Shown: one piece after another, positions 45,721 to 54,202 of the stretch
How the letters are laid out: each line of letters starts with the position of its first letter
Position numbering within the stretch: the first letter of the stretch is position 1
Assembly: GCA_900769665.1 (NCBI GenBank)
Contig: CAAGHL010000070.1
Span: forward strand, 13,620-77,619
From: Clostridia bacterium
GTDB taxonomy: Bacteria > Bacillota > Clostridia > Christensenellales > CAG-314
Direction: 5' to 3'
DNA length: 64,000 bases
Translations under genes and position numbers: made by a program
Notes under the pieces: model-generated
The model's input: only the letters and a program-made list of their open reading frames with translations
The model's database searches: none
What the model was told of the DNA's origin: nothing

Positions 45721-47058
45721 TCACTCTTGCACCAACGGGAATAGCATATCCACCATAAACATATTGTCCTCGGTGCGCATTACCAAGTCGCCGTTATACC
45801 TCTCGCATATCACACGCATACTTTTGCAACCGTAGCCGTGGTAAAAGTCGTTATCCTTTGTGGTAAGCGGCAATCCGTCGCGGAAAACGAGCTCGGACTC
45901 GAACCAGTTTTCGATATGCACCGACAATATCTTACCTTTCGCCACCACTTTGAAACGAATAAAGCGTTTTTCGAGGTCGTCCAGTTTCATCACGGCGTCA
46001 ATGGCGTTGTCTATTGCGTTACCGAACAGCGAGTAGATGTCCTCTATCCTCATAAAGGACAGCTGCTTGCCGTCAGCCATTACGGTCAAACGAATATTAT
46101 TCTTTTGGCAAATGAGGGATTTTTCCGTCAAGATTATGTCCAACGCTTCATTGTCCGTTTTGACAACCGAGTCGTAGATGTTGATTGCGTTTTCTATTTC
46201 TCGTATAGTTTCGCTACTGACCTTGTCGTTTTGTCCGATAAGTCGTATTTGATGTTTCAGATCGTGACACTTTAGGTTAATAAGGTCTATGTTTTCCTTG
46301 GATATTGCATACTGTTCCTGTTCCTGCGTAAGCAGTCTGTTTACCACGTCCAACTCGTCGTGCATTTTTTTGTTGGACAGCAACCCGAACTGCAAACTGA
46401 CGGCAAACACACAACACAAAATGTTATATATTGCCGCGACAATAAGGTTTACCTTGTCGTAGTTGTTGTCGCTGTTGTACACCACTACGGAGTTTAGGAT
46501 GATGTCTATCAACAGTATTGCAATGGACAACAACAAGAAGAACACGTTGTTTACCTTCAAGTCCTCATGCTTGCCTATCCTACGGGAGAACAACACATAC
46601 ATCAACACATACACTATCGAGTAGCTGTCCATGTAGAAGCAAATTGTAAAAATGTTTATCTTGGGTGCGACGGCGTAACCGTACACTCCCATAGCCATGC
46701 CTTCGCCAAAGCCCGTGGCGGTAAGCAACAAATTGTTTATTTCGTATGCCAAGTGTTGTGTAGTATAACCGGCAATTGCGCAAAACAAGATATTGACCCA
46801 CGGCTCGTCGTAGCAAATTTTGAATGACAACGTAGCAATTGTAAACAACGCCAAAAACATCAGCGAAGTATACCACGCATTGTAAAAGAAAATAGGAAAC
46901 AAAAACGCGCTTACAAAGCACACCGCCATTGCGGCAACAAACCGCAACGCAAAGTGAGTGCGATGGCGAAGATTGCGAGTAAACAAACAACACGCCACGA
47001 TAAGCTCCGCCATGAATACCAGCTTGTACCAAAACAAAGTAGTAAACTCAAACATCAT
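45721..47058 (-). CDS. GHKL sensor histidine kinase, AgrC/VirS-like (polytopic N-terminus)
   Basis: 6-7 TM segments, then CHDLKHQ, NAIDNAIDA and HGYGCKSM ATPase motifs. ATGA overlap with the response-regulator gene. Confidence 0.85.
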   Translation of the reverse strand: MMFEFTTLFWYKLVFMAELIVACCLFTRNLRHRTHFALRFVAAMAVCFVSAFLFPIFFYNAWYTSLMFLALFTIATLSFKICYDEPWVNILFCAIAGYTTQHLAYEINNLLLTATGFGEGMAMGVYGYAVAPKINIFTICFYMDSYSIVYVLMYVLFSRRIGKHEDLKVNNVFFLLLSIAILLIDIILNSVVVYNSDNNYDKVNLIVAAIYNILCCVFAVSLQFGLLSNKKMHDELDVVNRLLTQEQEQYAISKENIDLINLKCHDLKHQIRLIGQNDKVSSETIREIENAINIYDSVVKTDNEALDIILTEKSLICQKNNIRLTVMADGKQLSFMRIEDIYSLFGNAIDNAIDAVMKLDDLEKRFIRFKVVAKGKILSVHIENWFESELVFRDGLPLTTKDNDFYHGYGCKSMRVICERYNGDLVMRTEDNMFMVDMLFPLVQE

Positions 47059-47759
47059 CTTTCTCCCAAAAACTCGTTGAGTCTGCGTACGAATTCCTTG
47101 CGCTTTTGTCTGCTAAGAGTCAGCGTTTGGTCACCCACTTGCACTTCAAAACCATCCACGGCGTACACGTAGCGTAGGTTGATTAAATACCAACTGTTGC
47201 CGCGCGCAAAGTATTTCAACTCTTTGCGGCTTTCTAACTCTTTCAGCGTACCCCAACTTTCTATGTCGCCCTCGTCGGTATGAAATACAAGTCTGTGTCC
47301 GCAAACCTCGATGTAGGAAACGGCGTTTGCCGACACGCGCCGAATGCCGTTGACTGTTTTTATGGTCAACTCGCAAGTTTTGGTTGCCACAATTGCGTGC
47401 ATAATGCGGTTGAGCATAGAGGAAAAAGCGTAATACGTAATAGGTTTGACAATGAAGTCGGCGGCACCAACCGAGTAGCCTTTTGCAGCAAACTGTTGCA
47501 TGTTGGTGACAAACACTATGGTCACAAGCTGATCAAGCTCTCGCAACTTGGCGGAGATTTCCATGCCGTTGCTGTCGGGTAACTCGATGTCCATAAACAC
47601 GATGTCGACATCCGACTTGTAATTGGACAAAAAGGATTCGCCGTCGGTGTAGACGGTAATGTTGAACAAAACGTTGTTTTTCTCGGAATATTTCTTCAAA
47701 AACTCTTTCAGCTTGTCCGCCGCGGCGGTTTCGTCTTCAACAATCGAAACACAAATCAT
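47055..47759 (-). CDS. LytTR-family response regulator
   Basis: Receiver domain (VSIVEDE...DIVFMDIELPD...) plus a C-terminal LytTR DNA-binding domain (ISYIEVCGHRLVFHT...). Confidence 0.9.
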   Translation of the reverse strand: MICVSIVEDETAAADKLKEFLKKYSEKNNVLFNITVYTDGESFLSNYKSDVDIVFMDIELPDSNGMEISAKLRELDQLVTIVFVTNMQQFAAKGYSVGAADFIVKPITYYAFSSMLNRIMHAIVATKTCELTIKTVNGIRRVSANAVSYIEVCGHRLVFHTDEGDIESWGTLKELESRKELKYFARGNSWYLINLRYVYAVDGFEVQVGDQTLTLSRQKRKEFVRRLNEFLGER

Positions 47760-47812
47760 AGTTTTTCCTCTGTAACTAAGGTTATTGACTAACCAAACTC
47801 GGTTTTTTGTTC

Positions 47813-47841
47813 ATTATACCACAGCAAAAGCCTACTTTCAA
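47813..47841 (-). promoter_or_regulatory. Sigma-A promoter candidate for the LytTR-HK operon
   Basis: Minus strand: TTGAAA, 17 nt, TATAAT, with TGg extended -10. Confidence 0.55.
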
Positions 47842-47987
47842 TACCCATTTTTGCGCCATTGCTTATCTTGTAATCCACATTACTTAATTAGCATTTTTAT
47901 ATGCAATAAAATATATAAACAAAGAATACTTTGTCGTGCGCCACTGTAAATTTGACCTCTTTTGTAACATAATAATGTATATAAGCC

Positions 47988-48016
47988 TTGACAAACAGGT
48001 AAAAGTGTAGTAAAAT
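47988..48016 (+). promoter_or_regulatory. Sigma-A promoter for the Y-family polymerase operon
   Basis: TTGACA (47988-47993), 17 nt, TAAAAT (48011-48016). Confidence 0.65.
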
Positions 48017-48025
48017 ATTATAGTA

Positions 48026-48037
48026 GAACATTTGTTC
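48026..48037. promoter_or_regulatory. LexA (SOS/Cheo) box
   Basis: GAACATTTGTTC is a perfect GAAC-N4-GTTC palindrome, 10 nt downstream of the -10 box and 14 nt upstream of the ATG. Confidence 0.7.
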
Positions 48038-48050
48038 AGTGTGCGGAGAA

Positions 48051-49316
48051 ATGAAGACAAGAACCTATTTTTGCATCGATATGAAGAGTTTTTTCGCTTC
48101 CGTCGAGTGCGCCGAACGACAACTTAATCCGCTTACCACCAAGTTGGTGGTTGCCGACCCCTCACGCGGAAAAGGGGCAATTTGCCTTGCCGTTTCGCCC
48201 AAGCTTAAGCAAATGGGCGTAAAAAACCGTTGCCGATTGTTTGAGATACCCGACAACATCGACTACATCATCGCCAAGCAGCAAATGAAAAAGTACATTG
48301 CCTACTGCGCGGACATATACGACATCTACCTAGACTACGTCAGTCCCGACGACATACACGTGTACAGCATCGACGAGTCCTTCATCGACGCGACGGACTA
48401 CCTTGCGCTGTACAACATGACTGCCAAGCAGTTTGCCGTCAAGCTGACTGACGAAATCGCACGCCGAGTCCACATCCCTGCCACCGTCGGCATAGGTAGC
48501 AACCTGTATCTTGCCAAAATTGCCCTCGACATCACGGCAAAGCACGCCGAGGACCACATTGGCATACTGGACGAGCAAATCTACTGCGACACGCTGTGGC
48601 ACCACCGCCCCATCACCGACTTTTGGAACGTAGCCAAGGGCACTGCGGCGCGACTTGCCAACTACGGCATATTTGACATGCACGGCATTACGCAAATGCC
48701 CGAGCAACTGTTGCACAAGCTGTTTGGCAAAAACTACCGCATATTGCTCGACCACGCTTGGGGCAAGGAAAGTTGCACCATTGCCGACATCAAGGCGTAC
48801 AAAGCCAAGTCGCACTCGGTAAGCACGTCGCAAATACTGTTTTGCGACTACCCCACCGACAAGGCGCGCATAGTAATGGCGGAAATGGCGCTGACCATGT
48901 GCCAAGAAATGATGCGGCGCAAGGTAATTGCGCTAAACGTGGACATCGGCATCGGTTACAGCAAGGACGTAATACCCTTGACGGGCGGACACGCACGCAT
49001 GAGCCAAGCAACAAACGCCTACTCGCTGGTGAAAGACTACGTGTTGCGCTTGTTTGACCAAACCACCGTGCCCAACGTGCCGATACGGCGGCTGACAATA
49101 TCCTTTTCCAAGCTGTCCGACGAGGCGTGCCGCGGCTATGACATGTTTACCGACGAGGAAGCCGTCGAACGCGAGCTACGATTGGAACACACGGTGCTGG
49201 ACATCAAAAACAAATTCGGCAAAAACGCCATTTTGCGGGGCATCGACCTTGCCGACGGCGCAACAACCAAAATACGCAACAAACTTATAGGAGGACACAA
49301 CGGTGAGCTCGAATAA
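48051..49316 (+). CDS. Y-family DNA polymerase (UvrX/ImpB/DinB-like translesion polymerase)
   Basis: YFCIDMKSFFASVECAER, SIDESFID. Start trimmed to ATG 48051 behind GGAG. Confidence 0.9.
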   Translation: MKTRTYFCIDMKSFFASVECAERQLNPLTTKLVVADPSRGKGAICLAVSPKLKQMGVKNRCRLFEIPDNIDYIIAKQQMKKYIAYCADIYDIYLDYVSPDDIHVYSIDESFIDATDYLALYNMTAKQFAVKLTDEIARRVHIPATVGIGSNLYLAKIALDITAKHAEDHIGILDEQIYCDTLWHHRPITDFWNVAKGTAARLANYGIFDMHGITQMPEQLLHKLFGKNYRILLDHAWGKESCTIADIKAYKAKSHSVSTSQILFCDYPTDKARIVMAEMALTMCQEMMRRKVIALNVDIGIGYSKDVIPLTGGHARMSQATNAYSLVKDYVLRLFDQTTVPNVPIRRLTISFSKLSDEACRGYDMFTDEEAVERELRLEHTVLDIKNKFGKNAILRGIDLADGATTKIRNKLIGGHNGELE

Positions 49317-49674
49317 AAAAAGCGACGTAATATTTGAGGAGGAAGTAAACCGCGCGGCGCAATTTTTGCCCTTCGATGCGCTGAAAGGACTAAGCGAGGA
49401 ACTACGCAAGCGCGAGGAACGCCACTGCCGTGTGGAAAAGGTTGAGCTGTCGGAGGAGCAAGCGGCTGTCGTCAACAACGAGTTGTGCAAGTTGCAAGCA
49501 GGCGATGCCGTGCGCATACGCTTTTACTACCACGGGCACTACGTCACGTTGGACGGCGTGTTGACCAAGATTGTGCCGCAAATGCGCTACCTGACAATGG
49601 GTACGGCAAAAATTGGCTTTGACGACATATACGAAATAAAGCAAATCGACCCCTCAAGCGTCGACCCGACCTAA
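49303..49674 (+). CDS. YolD-like protein (accessory partner of Y-family polymerases)
   Basis: GTG start overlapping the polymerase stop, behind GGAGGA. FLPFDALKGL motif and size match YolD-like proteins as I recall them. Same gene order as yqjW-yqzH and uvrX-yolD. Confidence 0.65.
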   Translation: MSSNKKSDVIFEEEVNRAAQFLPFDALKGLSEELRKREERHCRVEKVELSEEQAAVVNNELCKLQAGDAVRIRFYYHGHYVTLDGVLTKIVPQMRYLTMGTAKIGFDDIYEIKQIDPSSVDPT

Positions 49675-49714
49675 CCCAACCTAACGTTGACGCAACCTAA
49701 CGTTGACGAGTAGG
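49668..49714 (+). repeat. Tandem 16-mer repeat (2 x CAACCTAACGTTGACG plus partial unit) starting 2 nt after the YolD-like stop
   Basis: 49677-49715 is identical to the reverse complement of 56650-56688. Followed by a G8 run (49713-49720). Confidence 0.85.
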
Positions 49715-49801
49715 GGGGGGTAAAGTGTTAAATTTACATCAAAACAAGGTATTTAGTTAAGCCTAACCCCCACTTCCACCACCGCAAAAACATACAAAAA
49801 C

Positions 49802-49837
49802 AAAAAATCCGCTACGCCAATACGTAACGGATTTTTG
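49802..49837. terminator. Bidirectional terminator between convergent genes
   Basis: A6, AATCCGCTACG, loop, CGTAACGGATT, T5. Confidence 0.7.
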
Positions 49838-49866
49838 CATACGTTGTTGTTTTTTGACGACAAACA

Positions 49867-50376
49867 CTACTCATCGTCCTCGTCATCGTCCTCATCTTCA
49901 TCGTCGTCTTCGCCGTCGCCATCCACATCGTCGAAGTCGTCGTCGAAATCGTCCGGGTAGTCGTCGGGATAGTCCTCGAGTTCGGTATCTTGGTTTTCCT
50001 CGTCCTCGAAGTCGTCGTCATCGTCTTCGTCGTCTTCCAACTCCTCAAGCGGAATGATGTCGTCTTCCCCGGGCACTTCGGTATCCTCGTCGTCGAGGTA
50101 GGTACGCCAGTCGTCGCTGTCCTCGTCGATGTCGTCGCTGATTTCCTGCGAAGCGCGCGCAAGGCAGTTTTCGCACATGTCTTCGTCCATGCCGATGTAT
50201 GCCGCCTTACAAGAGGGACACAACTTCAACGGTTCTTCCTCGTCGATGATGTCGTCGAGCAACATTATTTTGCTTTCCAAGCCAAGTTCCGACTTGCATA
50301 CGTCGCACATTTCCTCGTTTTCGGGGATATAATTCAGTTCGCAGCGCGGACATTTTTTATATTTAACCTTTCCCAT
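49867..50376 (-). CDS. Double zinc-ribbon protein with extreme poly-Asp/Glu C-terminal tail
   Basis: CPRC..CDVC and CPSC..CENC pairs in the first ~85 aa. The remainder is dominated by D/E and ends GEDDDEDEDDDEDDE. RBS AAGGTGA. Confidence 0.7.
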   Translation of the reverse strand: MGKVKYKKCPRCELNYIPENEEMCDVCKSELGLESKIMLLDDIIDEEEPLKLCPSCKAAYIGMDEDMCENCLARASQEISDDIDEDSDDWRTYLDDEDTEVPGEDDIIPLEELEDDEDDDDDFEDEENQDTELEDYPDDYPDDFDDDFDDVDGDGEDDDEDEDDDEDDE

Positions 50377-50609
50377 AATTCACCTTGTTGTAGTTAGTCG
50401 CTTTATTGCGCGCGTATAATTTAGCATTATTCTAGCCAAATGTAAACTGTTTTTTGCCAATTTCTTCAAACAAATATGATAATTTTGTCAAAAAACATTA
50501 CAAACGTCACCGTTTCGGCTCAAAATGCCCTATTTTGCTTGTTTTGCCAACGTTTTTGTGCAATCAGCGCACGTTGTCTGTACGGCAAAACACACGCCTG
50601 TCGGACAAG

Positions 50610-50945
50610 TTATTTTGCGCCGTCGTCGCACTCTCCGTTGTTGCCGCAGTTGCCCTTGTCGGTAGCCGTATTACCGTTGTCGGCATTGTTGCCTTGCGAA
50701 TTGCGTATCTTGGTCAAACGCACGATGTGCACCACCACTAGGGCGCAATTCATCACCCACACCGAAGCCGACTTGATGCACAGTCCGTACACCACAAACA
50801 CCGCCGCGCCGACAATGTTGACAATGCGTATGGCACGTTCGTCCTTCATCAAAAAGCTGACAAGCACCAACGCCGCCGCCAACAGCCCGAGCCACTCCAT
50901 ACCGTTTGTCCAATCGAACAAATTGTTTTGTATCCAATCCGCCAT
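50610..50945 (-). CDS. Small membrane protein, YgjV-like (tentative)
   Basis: ORF 50610..51182 trimmed to ATG 50943-50945 behind GGGAGGA. Two to three TM segments, and an Asn/Gly-rich tail. Confidence 0.5.
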   Translation of the reverse strand: MADWIQNNLFDWTNGMEWLGLLAAALVLVSFLMKDERAIRIVNIVGAAVFVVYGLCIKSASVWVMNCALVVVHIVRLTKIRNSQGNNADNGNTATDKGNCGNNGECDDGAK

Positions 50946-51441
50946 TACAGAAATCCTCCCGTTTGTACACCCGTGCGCTAACACGCCGTGATGTTGTTTG
51001 CAAGGTCGACACGACCTTAGGAAAATTTCCCTCCACCGGGCAACTTTTGTTGCCAAACCGCCGACATAAATGTTTCCAAGTTTCCCGTCACCACCGCCAC
51101 CAATCGTTTTGGCGTGCGACTTACTGCCAACTAGGCGTTTAACCATCGTTTGCTTACTACAAAAGCAACCGCCGGCTAGCACACCTAAGATACATTACAT
51201 GCGTGCGGAAACACAGTATACCAAATAGTCGCAAAAAATGCAACAGAATTTGTATATTTTATTGCGGTTGCCACAAGCAATTTTTCGCGCCATGCCTCAA
51301 CCCACGATTTTTCGCCGAAATAACACAAAAGGCGGCTTCGGTTGTGCCGCCTTTCTTACATATTTCTTTTTCAGTTTTCTTTCCACCACTCCACTCCCCA
51401 CGCCCTACAAAAACAAAAATACCGCAACAAACCCAAAGCAT

Positions 51442-51470
51442 TTGACACGACGGGCGTAAGTTGGTACAAT
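51442..51470 (+). promoter_or_regulatory. Sigma-A promoter candidate for udk
   Basis: TTGACA, 17 nt, TACAAT, with TGg. Confidence 0.6.
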
Positions 51471-51501
51471 TGTCGTGTAATTACTTCACGCGGCGGAGGG
51501 C

Positions 51502-52131
51502 ATGATGAATACCATTGTAATAGGCATTGCCGGCGGTACCGGTTCCGGCAAAACAACCGTGGCAAAAAAGATTTTTCAGGCATTTGACAAAAGCGCGGTG
51601 ATACTTTCCCACGACTACTACTACAAGGAGTATCCCAACCTCACGCTCGAGGAAAAACGCAAGCTAAACTACGACCACCCCGACAGCCTAGACACCGACT
51701 TGTTGGTGGAACACATCAAGGCATTGAAGAGCGGACAATCCATCATGCACCCCACGTACGACTTCTCCACACACAGCCGCAACAAGGAGTGGTCTAAGAT
51801 GAACAGCGCCGAGCTGATAATTGTGGAAGGTATACTGATATACACCAGCAAGGAATTGTGCGACCTGTGCGACATCAAGCTGTTTGTGGATACCGACGCC
51901 GACGTGCGCTTTATACGCCGCTTGCGCCGTGACGTCAACCGCCGCGGACGTAGCATGGAATCGGTAATCAATCAGTACCTGTCCACCGTAAAGCCCATGC
52001 ACGAGCAATTTGTAGAGCCGTCCAAGGCAAAAGCCGACCTAATCATCCCCGAGGGCGGACACAACACCATTGCCGTGGGCATGATCGTGGACGCAATACG
52101 CAAAATGATGAAGAAAGAGCAAGACCAATGA
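51502..52131 (+). CDS. udk: Uridine kinase
   Basis: P-loop GIAGGTGSGKTT. YDHPDSLD and RRLRRD motifs. Confidence 0.95.
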   Translation: MMNTIVIGIAGGTGSGKTTVAKKIFQAFDKSAVILSHDYYYKEYPNLTLEEKRKLNYDHPDSLDTDLLVEHIKALKSGQSIMHPTYDFSTHSRNKEWSKMNSAELIIVEGILIYTSKELCDLCDIKLFVDTDADVRFIRRLRRDVNRRGRSMESVINQYLSTVKPMHEQFVEPSKAKADLIIPEGGHNTIAVGMIVDAIRKMMKKEQDQ

Positions 52132-52931
52132 CAAAGATAGATTTGCAAGGCATAAGCAACGCACGCGACCTTGGCGGCATTGCAACGCCCTACGGCGCCG
52201 TCGCCGCAGGTAGACTGATACGCAGCGGAGAACACAGCCGCATGACGGACAGCGACAGCAATGCGCTAAGTGCGCTTGGTTTGGCGCGAGTGATAGACCT
52301 ACGCACCGACAAGGAAATGGCAAACGTCCCCGACCGCAAAATAGAGGGCGTAACATACACGCAAATACCCATTATACCGCAAACAACATTCGGCATCAGC
52401 TACGAGTCCTCCGACGGACCCACCATTGCCGCCCACCTACAAGCAGGCATAGAGCGCATGCGCCAACGCGGCGAAACCCCCGAGGAACACATGTGCGAGC
52501 TATACAGCCGCTTTGCCACAAACGAGTTTTGCAAGCAACACATAGGGCAGTTTGTTCAAACGCTTGCCCACTACCCCACACAAGGCGCAACGCTGTGGCA
52601 TTGCAGTGCAGGCAAGGACCGTGTAGGCGTTTGTACCGCCACGTTGCTACACTGTTTAGGCGCAACTAAAGAGCAAATAATTGCCGACTACATGTTGACC
52701 AACACGCAAACGGAAACTTCGCGCGAGTCGGTGATTGCCAAGGTAACGCCACACGTGACCGCCGACAAACTGAACCTCGTCAAGCAAATGTTGCGCGTCG
52801 AGCCGCACTACATCGGTACGTTTTTTGCCGCCGTCGACAATTTGTACGGCAGTATGGACGGCTTTGTTGCGCAAATAGGCGTAACTGCCCAAGACATTGC
52901 CCTACTGCGTGCCGAGTATTTGGTAAAATAG
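52128..52931 (+). CDS. Tyrosine-protein phosphatase (Y_phosphatase3-like)
   Basis: CX5R active site HCSAGKDRVG. ATGA overlap with udk. Confidence 0.8.
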   Translation: MTKIDLQGISNARDLGGIATPYGAVAAGRLIRSGEHSRMTDSDSNALSALGLARVIDLRTDKEMANVPDRKIEGVTYTQIPIIPQTTFGISYESSDGPTIAAHLQAGIERMRQRGETPEEHMCELYSRFATNEFCKQHIGQFVQTLAHYPTQGATLWHCSAGKDRVGVCTATLLHCLGATKEQIIADYMLTNTQTETSRESVIAKVTPHVTADKLNLVKQMLRVEPHYIGTFFAAVDNLYGSMDGFVAQIGVTAQDIALLRAEYLVK

Positions 52932-52946
52932 CATAAAAAAAAACAA

Positions 52947-52990
52947 AAAAGGTTGTTGCAAGGAACCACTCCTATAACAACCTTTTGTTG
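52947..52990. terminator. Bidirectional terminator between convergent genes
   Basis: AAAAGGTTGTT, loop, AACAACCTTTT, flanked by A-rich and T-rich tracts. Confidence 0.7.
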
Positions 52991-53091
52991 TTTGAAATTT
53001 TAATTTTTGGCAAACCGCCCCGACAAGGCAAAAAAAACAGTTGCAATGGCAAATCCGTTGCAACTGTCAAAACTATATTGCGTTTTTTATT

Positions 53092-53616
53092 TTATCTTGC
53101 GGCAAAAGCGTCCCAAAAACTAATCTTGCCACGGCGGAAGAAACTGCTCATCTCGGCAAAAACTTCCATGTCGTCCTTGGCGTTGGGGTTGACGGCAATA
53201 AACATTGCGCCGTTCTTTTCGGCAATTTCCTTAACTTTTGCGGCGAAATCATCGTCGGAACCGACCGTTTGCAACACCGCAACTTTTGCGCTTGCGTAGT
53301 CCTTGCAAATCTTTGCAATCAACTCGTCGTAATCTTGGAAAAACTCTTCGTTGGCGGTTTCGTTTTCGCCGAAGGAAATCAAAATGTTGGACGGAGCGAG
53401 ATATTTCAAGCAGTCGTCGACAACGGATTTCGCTTGCTTTACAGTCAGGTTTTCCAAACTACGATTGTACACCGCGTAGTCGCTTACACGCTTTTGCATC
53501 AGTGTGTAGAAGGGAAAGTCGCTAAGATAATCGGAACCGAACACAACGGCTTCGCCCTTGACAGCAAGTTTGTTGAGTACCTTGTACTTTTTTGCCCTTT
53601 CTTCAATCGTTTCCAT
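53092..53616 (-). CDS. Hypothetical protein, SGNH/GDSL-hydrolase-like fold suspected
   Basis: ATG 53614-53616 behind GGAGG. VVFGSDYL and ISFGENE blocks loosely resemble SGNH blocks I and III, but no clear catalytic Ser/His. Confidence 0.45.
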   Translation of the reverse strand: METIEERAKKYKVLNKLAVKGEAVVFGSDYLSDFPFYTLMQKRVSDYAVYNRSLENLTVKQAKSVVDDCLKYLAPSNILISFGENETANEEFFQDYDELIAKICKDYASAKVAVLQTVGSDDDFAAKVKEIAEKNGAMFIAVNPNAKDDMEVFAEMSSFFRRGKISFWDAFAAR

Positions 53617-53617
53617 A

Positions 53618-54010
53618 TTATGCCTCCGAAGCATGCGCTTTTTTGTTGCATTTATTTGTGCGTTTTACGTCGCCCTTGACGGGTGCTACACTGCCGTTGG
53701 TTTGCACGTCGGCAACGACAAAGTCGTCGTCTTGCACTGCATGTGCGTGCTTTTCGTTGTGCTTGTTGATGATAAATACCACAAGGTCCATTGTAACTAC
53801 AACCAAGTTGAGCACGTACAACCACAACACGTAGGTGATGTGACCCGACAAAACTTTGCTTGTAATACCGCAAATGTATCCGATGATTATCACTATCGTA
53901 AATATCATGCTTTTGCCCGCAGTGGACTTGGACTTGATACTTTTTACTACGGAAATCGGCCACGAAATACCGAAACATACCAACATCATTACTTCAAACA
54001 ATTGAGCCAT
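53618..54010 (-). CDS. Small membrane protein (PQ-loop/SemiSWEET-like, tentative)
   Basis: ATG 54008-54010 behind AAAGGAGA. Three TM segments, then a charged tail. Confidence 0.5.
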   Translation of the reverse strand: MAQLFEVMMLVCFGISWPISVVKSIKSKSTAGKSMIFTIVIIIGYICGITSKVLSGHITYVLWLYVLNLVVVTMDLVVFIINKHNEKHAHAVQDDDFVVADVQTNGSVAPVKGDVKRTNKCNKKAHASEA

Positions 54011-54202
54011 AACTAATTCTCCTTTCAAACAAGTACCATTATACGCTTGACAAACGATAATGTATAATATATATTTTTTATGTAATCAATAATTTTCAAG
54101 CATATATTCGAAAGCGTCCGAAAACGGCAAACAAGGCGTCGATGTAAGCAATTAAAGGTAACTACATCACCTAAAACTTTATTATATAAGGAGAAAAGGC
54201 AA

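Noticed and set aside
51321-51350. Orphan hairpin AAGGCGGC..GCCGCCTT with T-rich flanks between the divergent 50610..50945 and udk genes.
   Set aside because: No promoter or gene that it could terminate is evident on either strand. Alone, it is insufficient to call an sRNA.
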